64,000 bases of DNA, taken from the NCBI RefSeq assembly GCF_055900595.2, contig NZ_CM148325.1. The stretch is one strand, 5' to 3'. Position numbers and translations under genes: made by a program. The notes beneath the pieces were generated by a model. That model ran no database searches. It saw only the letters and a program-made list of their open reading frames with translations, and was not told the DNA's origin. Position 1 is the first letter of the stretch. Each line of letters begins with the position of its first letter. Positions 26,291 to 36,289 of this stretch are shown here, piece after piece.

Positions 26291-27199
26291 CTAATTCTGC
26301 TGTAAAAAGTGCAGAAACTGACTTAAAGCATAAGAAGGCGTTTCGTTATTACGCCAAAACACACCGACGCTGCCTTTCTGTTCAATCTTTGGCAGGTTGA
26401 GGATCACCAGTTGCCCCTGGCTGGCATAACGTTGCGCCAGGCGTAATGACAAAATAGAGATCATATTGCTGCTTTGTAACAGGTTGGTACTGACGTTCAT
26501 CGACGCCGACTCAATCGTGTTTTCTGGCAGCATCACGCCGTGGTCTACCAGCGCATTATCAATGCTGATGCGGATGGGGGTACCTGTCGGCCAGACTATC
26601 CACCGCCAGTTAGCAAGATCATTCCAGCTGAGGGTGGCGTATTTCGCCAGTGGATGCTCAGGACGGGCGACAAAGCATACCGGCTCGGTGTAGAGCACGC
26701 GATAATTCAGCGGCAGCTGCAACGCGCGACCGCCAATTCGCCCAACCACCACATCGATAGAACCTGCCAACAGATCTTGCAGCAATGGGGTCATCACCTT
26801 CTCTTCGATATTCAGGTGTAGAGTTGGCATCTCCTTGAGCAAATGCAAAATCGCCTGGGATACGCAGTCAGTGGCGACGGGAGAACAGCCAATTTTCAGA
26901 CTGCCGACCAGTCCACCTTGTTTAAAGCGAGCCAGTTCATATTGCGATCTTTCCATGTCATTGATTAACCGTTGGGCATGTTGCAATAACAATTTGCCGC
27001 CTTCAGTAGGACGAAGTCCTTTGCTGTGCCGCTCAAAAAGTGTGAGTTCGATCTCATCTTCGAGTTGTGACAACCATTTCGACAGCGCAGGCTGGGTGAT
27101 ATTCATCATCCGCGCGACATGGGTCAGATTGCCCTGTTCACCCAGCGCCACCAGCATTTGCAGGTGATGTAGTTTTAGTTTTTGCGCCCAGTTCGCCAT
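26291..27199 (-). CDS. mhbR: LysR-family regulator of the 3-hydroxybenzoate/gentisate cluster
   Basis: HTH LTHVARMMNITQPALSKWLSQLE; start placed at MANWAQ (ATG 27197-27199) preceded by GGAGG; divergent from catabolic operon. Confidence 0.75.
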   Translation of the reverse strand: MANWAQKLKLHHLQMLVALGEQGNLTHVARMMNITQPALSKWLSQLEDEIELTLFERHSKGLRPTEGGKLLLQHAQRLINDMERSQYELARFKQGGLVGSLKIGCSPVATDCVSQAILHLLKEMPTLHLNIEEKVMTPLLQDLLAGSIDVVVGRIGGRALQLPLNYRVLYTEPVCFVARPEHPLAKYATLSWNDLANWRWIVWPTGTPIRISIDNALVDHGVMLPENTIESASMNVSTNLLQSSNMISILSLRLAQRYASQGQLVILNLPKIEQKGSVGVFWRNNETPSYALSQFLHFLQQN

Positions 27200-27325
27200 T
27201 TGCCATAACCTCCAGGTTATCTCTCTGTCCGAAATGCCATTGTACATCTCATCTCTTTAATTACATTATCGCAACATACATAAAACAAAAGAAACATCTA
27301 CCTTACCTGCACTGAGGCATTTACT

Positions 27326-28684
27326 ATGACTCAACGACGTGATTTACAAGCACTGATCGATGCTGCTCCGGTCGGCAAGATGCAGTGGCGCGTTATCATC
27401 TGCTGTTTTCTGGTGGTAATGCTCGATGGTTTTGACACCGCGGCTATCGGATTTATCGCCCCTGATATTCGCACTCACTGGCAACTCACCGCAGGCGATC
27501 TCGCCCCGCTTTTTGGCGCGGGTCTGCTGGGATTAACCGCAGGCGCACTGCTTTGTGGCCCGTTGTCCGATCGCTTTGGTCGCAAGCGGGTGATTGAGCT
27601 GTGCGTCTTTTTGTTTGGCGCGTTAAGCCTCGCCTCGGCTTTCTCACCGGATCTGCAAACGCTGGTCTTCCTGCGCTTTCTCACCGGCCTGGGTCTGGGC
27701 GGCGCGATGCCGAACACCATCACCATGACCTCGGAATATCTGCCTGCCCGCCGCCGAGGCGCGCTGGTGACGCTGATGTTTTGCGGCTTTACGCTGGGTT
27801 CGGCGTTTGGCGGGATTGTCAGCGCACAGCTGGTGCCGGTGATTGGCTGGCACGGCATTCTGGTGTTGGGTGGCGTGTTACCGCTGATGCTGTTTGTCGC
27901 ACTGCTGGTAGTTCTGCCGGAATCGCCACGCTGGCAGGTGCGCCGCCAGCTACCGCAGGCGGTGATTGCGAAAACCGTCAGCGCCATCACCCGCGAGCGT
28001 TATGTCGATACCCACTTTTATCTCATTGAATCAGCCTCCGTTACAAAAGGCAGCATTCGTCAACTGTTTATGGGACGTCAGTTACCCATCACGTTGATGT
28101 TGTGGGTAGTGTTCTTTATGAGCCTGCTGATTATTTACCTGCTCTCAAGCTGGATGCCGACGCTACTGAACCATCGCGGCATCGACCTGCAACACGCGTC
28201 CTGGGTCACCGCCGCGTTCCAGATTGGTGGTACGTTAGGCGCGCTGGCGCTGGGCGTGCTGATGGATAAGTTCAATCCTTTCCGCGTGCTGGCGCTGAGC
28301 TATGCCGTAGGCGCTGTATGCATCGTGATGATTGGCTTAAGCCAGGATGGATTATGGCTGATGGCGCTGGCGATTTTCGGCACCGGCATTGGCATTAGCG
28401 GATCTCAGGTGGGGTTGAACGCGTTGACCGCAACGCTCTACCCAACGCAAAGCCGCGCCACGGGCGTGAGCTGGTCAAACGCCGTAGGCCGCTGCGGCGC
28501 GATTGTCGGCTCGCTTTCTGGCGGCCTGATGATGGCGATGAATTTCTCTTTCGACACCCTGTTTTTCATTATCGCTGTGCCCGCGGCGATCAGTGCGGTG
28601 ATGTTAAGCCTGCTGATCACCGTGGTTCGCCAGTCGACCTCTGTCCCTGACTCACTGCCTCGCGCAGGCATTGTGAACGAATAA
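27326..28684 (+). CDS. mhbT: MFS aromatic-acid transporter (3-hydroxybenzoate/gentisate transporter-like)
   Basis: 452 aa; MFS signature [12 protein letters not shown]; first gene of operon. Confidence 0.75.
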   Translation: MTQRRDLQALIDAAPVGKMQWRVIICCFLVVMLDGFDTAAIGFIAPDIRTHWQLTAGDLAPLFGAGLLGLTAGALLCGPLSDRFGRKRVIELCVFLFGALSLASAFSPDLQTLVFLRFLTGLGLGGAMPNTITMTSEYLPARRRGALVTLMFCGFTLGSAFGGIVSAQLVPVIGWHGILVLGGVLPLMLFVALLVVLPESPRWQVRRQLPQAVIAKTVSAITRERYVDTHFYLIESASVTKGSIRQLFMGRQLPITLMLWVVFFMSLLIIYLLSSWMPTLLNHRGIDLQHASWVTAAFQIGGTLGALALGVLMDKFNPFRVLALSYAVGAVCIVMIGLSQDGLWLMALAIFGTGIGISGSQVGLNALTATLYPTQSRATGVSWSNAVGRCGAIVGSLSGGLMMAMNFSFDTLFFIIAVPAAISAVMLSLLITVVRQSTSVPDSLPRAGIVNE

Positions 28685-28695
28685 GGAGCATCCTA

Positions 28696-29724
28696 ATGAC
28701 TGATAACAATCAAAAAAGCCGCGAGCAATTTTATCAGCATATTTCCGGGCAAAACCTGACCCCGCTGTGGGAGTCACTGCACCACCTGGTGCCGAAAACG
28801 CCCAACGCCAACTGTGCGCCAGCGTACTGGAATTATCAGGAGATCCGCCCGCTGCTGCTGGAGAGCGGCAGCCTGATTGGCGCGAAAGAAGCTGTGCGTC
28901 GTGTGCTGGTACTGGAAAACCCGGCGCTGCGCGGGCAGTCTTCCATCACCGCGACTTTGTATGCTGGTTTGCAACTGATCATGCCGGGCGAAGTGGCACC
29001 GAGTCATCGTCATAACCAATCGGCGCTGCGTTTTATTGTTGAAGGCAAAGGGGCATTTACCGCCGTTGATGGCGAACGCACGCCAATGAATGAGGGCGAT
29101 TTTATCCTGACCCCACAATGGCGCTGGCACGATCACGGTAACCCTGGCGACGAACCGGTTATCTGGCTCGATGGGCTGGATCTGCCATTAGTGAACACTC
29201 TGGGCTGCGGTTTTGCCGAAGATTACCCGGAAGAGCAACAACCGGTAACGCGTAAAGAGGGCGATTATCTGCCACGTTACGCTGCCAATATGTTGCCGCT
29301 GCGCCATCAGACCGGGAACTCCTCACCCATCTTTAACTACCGTTATGACCGTAGCCGCGAAGTGCTGCACGATTTAACCCGCCTGGGCGATGCCGATGAG
29401 TGGGATGGCTACAAAATGCGCTACGTCAACCCGGTCACCGGCGGCTATCCGATGCCGTCGATGGGCGCTTTCCTGCAACTGCTGCCGAAAGGGTTCGCCT
29501 CACGCGTGGCGCGTACTACTGACAGCACCATCTATCACGTGGTGGAAGGCGACGGGCAGGTCACTATCGGCAATGAAACCTTCAGCTTTAGTGCAAAAGA
29601 TCTCTTTGTGGTGCCGACCTGGCACGGCGTGTCGTTCCAGACCACGCAAGATACCGTTTTATTCAGTTTTTCGGACAGACCGGTACAAGAAGCCCTGGGG
29701 CTGTTCCGCGAAGCGCGTTATTAA
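28696..29724 (+). CDS. mhbD: Gentisate 1,2-dioxygenase (bicupin)
   Basis: 342 aa; cupin His motifs ([13 protein letters not shown]..., [10 protein letters not shown]); RBS AAGGAG. Confidence 0.8.
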   Translation: MTDNNQKSREQFYQHISGQNLTPLWESLHHLVPKTPNANCAPAYWNYQEIRPLLLESGSLIGAKEAVRRVLVLENPALRGQSSITATLYAGLQLIMPGEVAPSHRHNQSALRFIVEGKGAFTAVDGERTPMNEGDFILTPQWRWHDHGNPGDEPVIWLDGLDLPLVNTLGCGFAEDYPEEQQPVTRKEGDYLPRYAANMLPLRHQTGNSSPIFNYRYDRSREVLHDLTRLGDADEWDGYKMRYVNPVTGGYPMPSMGAFLQLLPKGFASRVARTTDSTIYHVVEGDGQVTIGNETFSFSAKDLFVVPTWHGVSFQTTQDTVLFSFSDRPVQEALGLFREARY

Positions 29725-29739
29725 TTTGGGAGAGAGAAA

Positions 29740-30441
29740 ATGACTCAATATGTATTCGAACCACAAGCGCCCGTTACCGTACCGGTTGTTGGCGGTGATG
29801 AACAATTCCCCGTGCGCCGCGTTTACTGCGTCGGGCGTAACTATGCCGCCCACGCCCGCGAAATGGGCTTTGATCCGGATCGTGAACCCCCCTTCTTCTT
29901 CTGCAAACCAGCAGATGCCGTTGTTCCGGTCGCCGCTGGCGAAACGCTGGCGCTGCCGTATCCGGCGCAGACCGATAACTATCATTACGAAATTGAACTG
30001 GTGGTGGCGATTGGTAAAAAGGGCAGCGATATCCCACTGGAAAAGGCCCATGAATATGTCTGGGGTTATGCCACAGGCCTTGATATGACGCGCCGGGACC
30101 GTCAAATGGAAATGCGTCAGATGGGCCGCCCGTGGGAAATCGGCAAAGCATTTGATCTCTCGGCCCCCATCGCACCGCTGCACAAAGCCAGCGAAACCGG
30201 CGGTATTGATAACGCACCAATCTGGTTACAGGTAAACGGTGAAGATCACCAGCGCAGCGATATTCGTCATCTCATCTGGTCAGTGAATGAAACCATCAGC
30301 TACCTGTCAGGCTTCTTTGAACTGCAACCGGGCGATCTGATCTTCACTGGTACGCCAGAAGGGGTGGGCCCGGTAGTGAAAGGTGATGTGATCACGGGCA
30401 ACGTCGAGGGCTTAACCCCTATCGCGGTGAAGATTGTCTGA
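29740..30441 (+). CDS. mhbH: Fumarylpyruvate hydrolase (FAH family)
   Basis: 233 aa FAH-family protein [41 protein letters not shown]. Confidence 0.75.
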   Translation: MTQYVFEPQAPVTVPVVGGDEQFPVRRVYCVGRNYAAHAREMGFDPDREPPFFFCKPADAVVPVAAGETLALPYPAQTDNYHYEIELVVAIGKKGSDIPLEKAHEYVWGYATGLDMTRRDRQMEMRQMGRPWEIGKAFDLSAPIAPLHKASETGGIDNAPIWLQVNGEDHQRSDIRHLIWSVNETISYLSGFFELQPGDLIFTGTPEGVGPVVKGDVITGNVEGLTPIAVKIV

Positions 30442-30446
30442 GGTGC

Positions 30447-31094
30447 ATGATGAAGCTGTACAGTTTTTTTAATAGTTCAGCATCGTACCGGGTACGCATT
30501 GCGCTGGCGCTGAAAGGCATTAATTACCAGACCGAAGGGGTGAATATCCGTATTGGTCAGCAAAATGAACTGGCCTATCGGCGGATGAATCCTGTCGGGC
30601 TGGTGCCGACGCTGCTGACTGACGAGGGCGAGTCACTCGGTCAGTCGCTGGCGATTATTGACTGGCTGGATCGTCACTACCCGCAAGTTCCGCTGGTGCC
30701 GCAGGAAGAACCGGCCCGCAACAAGGTGCTGGAAATTGTCTATGCCATCGCTTGTGATATTCATCCATTGAATAACCTGCGCGTGCTGCGCTACCTGACC
30801 GAAGAGCTGAACGTCAGTGAAGAAGAGAAAAAACGCTGGTATGCGCACTGGATCCAGCAAGGGTTAAGCGCGGTGGAACAGCTACTGCGCCAGAGCCAGT
30901 CGGGGCAATTTTGTGTGGGTGAGACGCCGACGCTGGCAGACTGCTGCCTTGTTCCGCAGTGGGCGAACGCGCTACGTATGAACTGCGATCTGAGTGGATA
31001 TCCGCGCTGCAAAGCGGTGTACGACGCCTGCACACAACTGCCAGCGTTCATTGCCGCAGCGCCAGAAAATCAACAAGATAAAATTTCAGCCTGA
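30447..31094 (+). CDS. mhbI: Maleylpyruvate isomerase (GST-zeta-like)
   Basis: about 214 aa GST-fold MKLYSFFNSSASYRVRIALALKGINY; start could be 30447 or 30450. Confidence 0.75.
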   Translation: MMKLYSFFNSSASYRVRIALALKGINYQTEGVNIRIGQQNELAYRRMNPVGLVPTLLTDEGESLGQSLAIIDWLDRHYPQVPLVPQEEPARNKVLEIVYAIACDIHPLNNLRVLRYLTEELNVSEEEKKRWYAHWIQQGLSAVEQLLRQSQSGQFCVGETPTLADCCLVPQWANALRMNCDLSGYPRCKAVYDACTQLPAFIAAAPENQQDKISA

Positions 31095-31108
31095 CCAGGA
31101 GAACCATA

Positions 31109-32302
31109 ATGACTAAAGTGACACGCGCAGTAATTGTGGGAGGCGGGATCGGCGGTGCGGCAACTGCGCTGTCACTGGCCCGCCAGGGGATCAAAGTGGT
31201 GCTGCTGGAAAAGGCGCATGAGATCGGTGAGATCGGCGCAGGCATCCAGTTGGGGCCAAACGCGTTTTCGGCGTTGGATAGTCTTGGTGTTGGCGAAATC
31301 GCCCGCCAGCGCGCGGTGTTTACCGATCACATCACCATGATGGATGCGGTGAACGCCGAAGAAGTGGTGCGTATTGAAACCGGGCAGGCCTTTCGTGACC
31401 ATTTCGGCGGCCCTTACGCGGTGATCCATCGCGTTGATATTCATGCCTCGGTATGGGAAGCGGTACTGACGCATCCGGACGTGGAGTATCACACCTCCAC
31501 AAACGTCGTTGATATTCGCGAGACGCCGGACGATGTCACCGTTTTCGACGATCGAGGTAATAGCTGGAGCGGCGATATTTTGATTGGCTGTGATGGCGTG
31601 AAGTCAGTGGTGCGCCAGAGCTTATTAGGCGATGCGCCGCGCGTCACCGGTCATGTGGTCTACCGTGCGGTTATCGATTGTGCGGATATGCCGGAAGATT
31701 TACGTATTAATGCGCCGGTATTGTGGGCGGGTCCGCACTGTCACCTGGTGCATTATCCTTTGCGCGGCGGCAAGCAGTATAACCTGGTGGTGACATTCCA
31801 CAGTCGCCACCAGGAAGAGTGGGGCGTGAAGGATGGCAGTAAAGAGGAAGTGCTCTCTTACTTTGAAGGGATTCACCCCCGTCCGCGCCAGATGCTGGAT
31901 AAACCGACTTCATGGCGACGCTGGTCAACCGCTGACCGTGAACCGGTGGCGAAGTGGGGAACGAAGCGCATAACGCTTGTGGGCGATGCGGCTCATCCGG
32001 TGGCGCAATATATGGCACAAGGTGCCTGTATGGCGCTGGAAGATGCAGTAACGCTGGGTAAGGCGCTGGCGCAGTGTGAGGGTGATGCGGCGCAAGCTTT
32101 TGCGCTGTATGAGTCGGTACGTATTCCGCGTACCGCGCGCATCGTCTGGTCGACCCGTGAAATGGGGCGGGTTTATCACGCCGCAGGGGTAGAACGTCAG
32201 GTACGTAATCTGCTGTGGAAAGGGAAATCGCAGGCAGAGTTTTATCGCGGCATGGAGTGGCTGTACGGCTGGAAAGAAGATAACTGTCTGCAACCACGCT
32301 GA
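31109..32302 (+). CDS. mhbM: 3-hydroxybenzoate 6-hydroxylase (FAD-dependent aromatic monooxygenase)
   Basis: 397 aa; FAD-binding VIVGGGIGGAATALSLARQGIKVVLLEK and GDAAHP motif. Confidence 0.8.
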   Translation: MTKVTRAVIVGGGIGGAATALSLARQGIKVVLLEKAHEIGEIGAGIQLGPNAFSALDSLGVGEIARQRAVFTDHITMMDAVNAEEVVRIETGQAFRDHFGGPYAVIHRVDIHASVWEAVLTHPDVEYHTSTNVVDIRETPDDVTVFDDRGNSWSGDILIGCDGVKSVVRQSLLGDAPRVTGHVVYRAVIDCADMPEDLRINAPVLWAGPHCHLVHYPLRGGKQYNLVVTFHSRHQEEWGVKDGSKEEVLSYFEGIHPRPRQMLDKPTSWRRWSTADREPVAKWGTKRITLVGDAAHPVAQYMAQGACMALEDAVTLGKALAQCEGDAAQAFALYESVRIPRTARIVWSTREMGRVYHAAGVERQVRNLLWKGKSQAEFYRGMEWLYGWKEDNCLQPR

Positions 32303-32317
32303 GTACTTCTTACCCAA

Positions 32318-32378
32318 TCAGGTGCACGGACGGTCCCCTCGCCCCTTTGGGGAGAGGGTTAGGGTGAGGGGAAAAATC
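32318..32378. repeat. GC-rich imperfect palindromic repeat (BoxC-like)
   Basis: CCCCTCGCCCCTTTGGGGAGAGGGTTAGGGTGAGGGG; family assignment from memory only. Confidence 0.35.
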
Positions 32379-32420
32379 TTGCCCGAATTAATCAGTAAGT
32401 CAGTTTGTCTGCAAACACCA

Positions 32421-32448
32421 GAGGCGCTAACATAGCGCCTCATTTTTG
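32421..32448 (+). terminator. Hairpin plus T-run (terminator of mhb operon and/or IS200 left-end read-through terminator)
   Basis: GAGGCGCT-AACAT-AGCGCCTC followed by ATTTTTG. Confidence 0.65.
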
Positions 32449-32590
32449 TGCACAGAAAACCCCCAGCTAGGCTGGGGGTTCCGGAAAGCTTTCAGCTTTG
32501 AGCCAGTTATTAAAACCCCTTTTGATTTGTTAAAACACCTTGCGGTCTGGCAACTGCAAGTGTCAAACAAGAAATCAAAAGGGGGTCCCA

Positions 32591-33049
32591 ATGGGGGACG
32601 AAAAGAGCTTAGCGCACACCCGCTGGAACTGTAAATATCACATAGTTTTTGCGCCGAAATACCGAAGACTGGCGTTTTACGGAGAGAAGCGTAGGGCGAT
32701 AGGCAGTATTTTGAGAAAGCTGTGTGAGTGGAAAAGCGTACGGATTCTGGAAGCAGAGTGCTGCGCAGATCATATCCATATGCTTGTGGAAATCCCACCC
32801 AAAATGAGCGTATCCGGCTTTATGGGATATCTGAAAGGGAAAAGCAGTCTGATGCTTTACGAGCAGTTTGGGGATTTGAAATTCAAATACAGAAACAGGG
32901 AGTTCTGGTGCCGAGGGTACTATGTCGATACGGTGGGTAAGAACACGGCGAAGATACAGGACTACATAAAGCACCAGCTTGAAGAGGATAAAATGGGGGA
33001 GCAGTTATCGATTCCATATCCGGGCAGCCCGTTTACGGGCCGTAAGTAA
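32591..33049 (+). CDS. tnpA: IS200 transposase TnpA (HUH/Y1)
   Basis: MGDEKSLAHTRWNCKYHIVFAPKYRRLAFYGEKRRAIGSILRKLCEWKSVRILEAECCADHIHMLVEIPPK...; ORF track start lies further upstream. Confidence 0.9.
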   Translation: MGDEKSLAHTRWNCKYHIVFAPKYRRLAFYGEKRRAIGSILRKLCEWKSVRILEAECCADHIHMLVEIPPKMSVSGFMGYLKGKSSLMLYEQFGDLKFKYRNREFWCRGYYVDTVGKNTAKIQDYIKHQLEEDKMGEQLSIPYPGSPFTGRK

Positions 33050-33173
33050 CGAAGTTGAATGCAAATGTCAGATCGTATGCGCCTGTTAGGGCACGGCTGG
33101 TAACAGAGCCTTACAGGCGCATTTGAAAAACCTCCGGCTATGCCGGAGGATATTTATTTTTGCGGGTGATGAT

Positions 33174-34121
33174 ATGCGTGTGTTACTGGCACCGATGGAG
33201 GGTGTACTCGACTCTCTGGTGCGTGAATTGCTGACCGAAGTTAACGACTACGATCTGTGCATCACCGAGTTTGTCCGCGTGGTGGATCAACTGCTGCCGG
33301 TAAAAGTTTTTCATCGCATTTGCCCGGAGCTACAAAACGCCAGCCGAACGCCATCCGGTACGCTGGTGCGCGTGCAATTGCTGGGGCAGTTCCCACAATG
33401 GCTGGCAGAGAACGCCGCCCGTGCGGTGGAGTTAGGTTCCTGGGGTGTGGATCTTAATTGCGGCTGTCCGTCGAAAACGGTTAACGGTAGCGGCGGCGGG
33501 GCGACACTACTCAAAGATCCTGAACTCATCTACCAGGGTGCAAAAGCGATGCGTGAAGTTGTACCGGCGCATTTGCCCGTCAGTGTGAAAGTGCGTCTGG
33601 GCTGGGACAGCGGTGAGAAGAAATTTGAAATCGCCGATGCGGTTCAACAGGCTGGCGCTACGGAGTTGGTGGTGCATGGGCGGACAAAAGAGCAGGGGTA
33701 CCGCGCGGAGCATATTGACTGGCAGGCGATTGGCGAGATTCGCCAACGGCTGAATATTCCGGTGATTGCCAACGGTGAAATCTGGGACTGGCAGAGCGCG
33801 CAACAGTGTATGGCGATCAGCGGCTGTGACGCGGTGATGATTGGTCGCGGAGCGCTCAATATTCCCAATCTGAGCCGAGTGGTAAAATATAACGAACCGC
33901 GAATGCCGTGGCCGGAGGTGGTTGCTTTGCTACAAAAATATACCCGTCTGGAAAAGCAGGGCGATACTGGGTTATATCACGTTGCGCGGATTAAACAGTG
34001 GTTGAGTTATTTGCGTAAAGAATACGATGAAGCAACGGAATTATTTCAGCATGTTCGGGTGTTGAATAATTCCCTTGATATTGCAAGGGCTATTCAGACC
34101 ATTGATATCGAGAAACTCTAA
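33174..34121 (+). CDS. dusC: tRNA-dihydrouridine synthase C
   Basis: [36 protein letters not shown]... (315 aa from ATG 33174); Dus family. Confidence 0.92.
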   Translation: MRVLLAPMEGVLDSLVRELLTEVNDYDLCITEFVRVVDQLLPVKVFHRICPELQNASRTPSGTLVRVQLLGQFPQWLAENAARAVELGSWGVDLNCGCPSKTVNGSGGGATLLKDPELIYQGAKAMREVVPAHLPVSVKVRLGWDSGEKKFEIADAVQQAGATELVVHGRTKEQGYRAEHIDWQAIGEIRQRLNIPVIANGEIWDWQSAQQCMAISGCDAVMIGRGALNIPNLSRVVKYNEPRMPWPEVVALLQKYTRLEKQGDTGLYHVARIKQWLSYLRKEYDEATELFQHVRVLNNSLDIARAIQTIDIEKL

Positions 34122-34493
34122 GAAACCATAGTGATGTTTTTTGACAATGTGTTAGCTCTTTATCAATAGGCCGCACGGTTGTTTGGTGGCGTCAAAATCG
34201 CCGAGGCGTTCCCTGAAGGCCGGGGCAGCCCATATGGATGTGGGCTGAGGGCGCGTTTTACAGGGATGTTACCTCGCGCCCGACCCGGTAGCCGTAAGGG
34301 ATAAGCCGAGGGCACCGCGCAGCGGCGATTTTGTTCGCCAGAGCCCGGGGGTGCAGGGGGCGGCGGCGACTGGTCGCCCCCTGCGCGCTCCTTGCGCTAG
34401 TGATTATATGAAGCAATGCACATGACAGGAGCGCAACAGGATGAGAGACTGAAATATTCTCGTTATTTTCGGATCTGATGACGTTAATTAATT

Positions 34494-34577
34494 TTAAAAT
34501 ATCATCTTAAATACGCCAGTCACCACCAGTAGTCCAATCAGGAAAATAATCAATACAGCCCAGAGTATAATTTTCAT
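34494..34577 (-). CDS. yohP: Small membrane protein YohP (27 aa)
   Basis: Minus-strand ATG..TAA encodes MKIILWAVLIIFLIGLLVVTGVFKMIF, matching the recalled YohP sequence; below ORF-track size cutoff. Confidence 0.85.
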   Translation of the reverse strand: MKIILWAVLIIFLIGLLVVTGVFKMIF

Positions 34578-34800
34578 TGGCGTTCCTTTATTTGTGAGTG
34601 TCGAATAAGTATAGGAAAAAACGAAGCCCTTTGCCGTTACTCATAAGTGATTAAGATAAATCGGAGAATATCATTCACTTACTGTATATTTTTCTGAATA
34701 TGTCGTTTTATTGCCACTGATGTATTGCCACGCGAAACTAAAAAATATATTGCATCACACGGTAATCTCCGCGCACCTTTTCTTACCTGACTATTCCTCC

Positions 34801-36237
34801 ATGAATCGTGATTCCTTTTACCCAGCCATCGCCTGTTTTCCTCTGTTACTGATGCTGGCCGGGTGTGCGCCTATGCATGAAACCCGCCAGGCGTTAAGCC
34901 AGCAAACACCCGCTGCGCAAGTTGACACCGCATTACCTACGGCGCTGAAAAATGGTTGGCCAGACAGCCAATGGTGGCTGGAGTATCACGATAATCAACT
35001 CACTTCATTAATTAACTATGCACTGCAGAACGCACCGGATATGCAGGTGGCTGAACAGCGCATTCAGCTGGCTGAAGCCCAGGCGAAGGCAGTTGCCACT
35101 CAGGATGGCCCTCAGATCGATTTTTCTGCGGATATGGAGCGGCAAAAAATGTCGGCAGAAGGGCTAATGGGGCCGTTTGCTCTGAACGATCCTGCCGCAG
35201 GTACGACCGGTCCGTGGTACACCAACGGTACTTTTGGCTTAACGGCGGGCTGGCATCTCGATATCTGGGGAAAGAATCGGGCGGAGGTAACTGCTCGCCT
35301 GGGTACGGTTAAAGCACGAGCGGCGGAACGCGAGCAAACCCGCCAATTGCTGGCTGGCAGCGTTGCCCGCCTTTACTGGGAGTGGCAAACCCAGGCAGCG
35401 TTAAACACTGTTTTGCAGCAAATCGAAAAAGAGCAGAACACCATTATCGCGACCGATCGCCAGCTATATCAGAACGGGATTACTTCTTCAGTTGAAGGTG
35501 TGGAAACCGATATTAATGCCAGCAAGACCCGGCAGCAGCTCAACGATGTCGTGGGAAAAATGAAAATTATTGAGGCACGGTTAAGCGCACTTACAAATCA
35601 CCAGATAAAGTCATTGAAGCTTAAACCGGTTGAGTTGCCGAAAGTGGCAAGTCAGCTTCCTGATGAACTGGGGTATTCATTGCTGGCACGGCGGGCAGAT
35701 TTGCAGGCAGCGCATTGGTACGTTGAGTCATCGTTAAGCACCATTGATGCGGCAAAAGCGGCATTTTACCCTGACATCAACCTGATGGCCTTCCTGCAAC
35801 AGGATGCGTTGCACTTAAGCGATTTGTTCCGTCATTCCGCGCAGCAAATGGGCGTTACGGCAGGCCTGACGCTACCCATTTTCGATAGTGGTCGTCTTAA
35901 CGCCAACCTCGATATTGCAAAAGCCGAAAGCAACTTGTCTATCGCCAGCTACAACAAAGCGGTGGTTGAAGCGGTGAATGACGTGGCGCGGGCAGCCAGT
36001 CAGGTTCAGACGCTGGTGGAGAAAAACCAGCATCAGGCGCAAATTGAGCGCGATGCCTTGCGTGTGGTAGGTCTTGCGCAGGCCCGCTTTAACGCGGGTA
36101 TCATTGCTGGTTCCCGCGTCAGCGAAGCCAGGATCCCGGCGCTGCGTGAGCGGGCCAATGGCCTGTTATTGCAAGGGCAGTGGCTGGATGCCTCCATTCA
36201 ACTCACTGGTGCGTTGGGCGGGGGGTACAAACGCTGA
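34801..36237 (+). CDS. mdtQ: Outer-membrane efflux lipoprotein (NodT/OprM family); uninterrupted here
   Basis: Start taken at MNRDSFYPAIACFPLLLMLAGC (lipobox LAGC); weak RBS so start uncertain; ORF track starts at TTG 34711. Confidence 0.75.
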   Translation: MNRDSFYPAIACFPLLLMLAGCAPMHETRQALSQQTPAAQVDTALPTALKNGWPDSQWWLEYHDNQLTSLINYALQNAPDMQVAEQRIQLAEAQAKAVATQDGPQIDFSADMERQKMSAEGLMGPFALNDPAAGTTGPWYTNGTFGLTAGWHLDIWGKNRAEVTARLGTVKARAAEREQTRQLLAGSVARLYWEWQTQAALNTVLQQIEKEQNTIIATDRQLYQNGITSSVEGVETDINASKTRQQLNDVVGKMKIIEARLSALTNHQIKSLKLKPVELPKVASQLPDELGYSLLARRADLQAAHWYVESSLSTIDAAKAAFYPDINLMAFLQQDALHLSDLFRHSAQQMGVTAGLTLPIFDSGRLNANLDIAKAESNLSIASYNKAVVEAVNDVARAASQVQTLVEKNQHQAQIERDALRVVGLAQARFNAGIIAGSRVSEARIPALRERANGLLLQGQWLDASIQLTGALGGGYKR

Positions 36238-36289
36238 TGATATACGCCTTCTATACTTAACGTTTATTCAGCGTTAAGTGGAGAACTCG

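Larger units (their letters stand above)
32410..33120 (+). mobile_element. IS200-family insertion sequence (IS200/IS605 family, Y1 transposase); boundaries approximate
   Basis: 152 aa TnpA with HIHML and RGYYV motifs; 5' hairpins (terminator-like, and CCCCAGC-TAG-GCTGGGG); 3' subterminal hairpin GCGCCTGTTAGG...CCTTACAGGCGC; inferred size about 0.7 kb. Confidence 0.75.

Noticed and set aside
29659-30220. Minus-strand ORFs of 174 aa and 148 aa
   Set aside because: Antisense to the fumarylpyruvate hydrolase gene; no independent support.
31707-32317. Minus-strand ORFs of 196 aa and 130 aa
   Set aside because: Antisense to the 3-hydroxybenzoate 6-hydroxylase gene; Pro/Arg-rich translations.
34711-34800. 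Extended N-terminus of mdtQ from TTG 34711
   Set aside because: The extension precedes a canonical lipoprotein signal peptide beginning at MNRDSF; the ATG at 34801 is more plausible although its RBS is weak.
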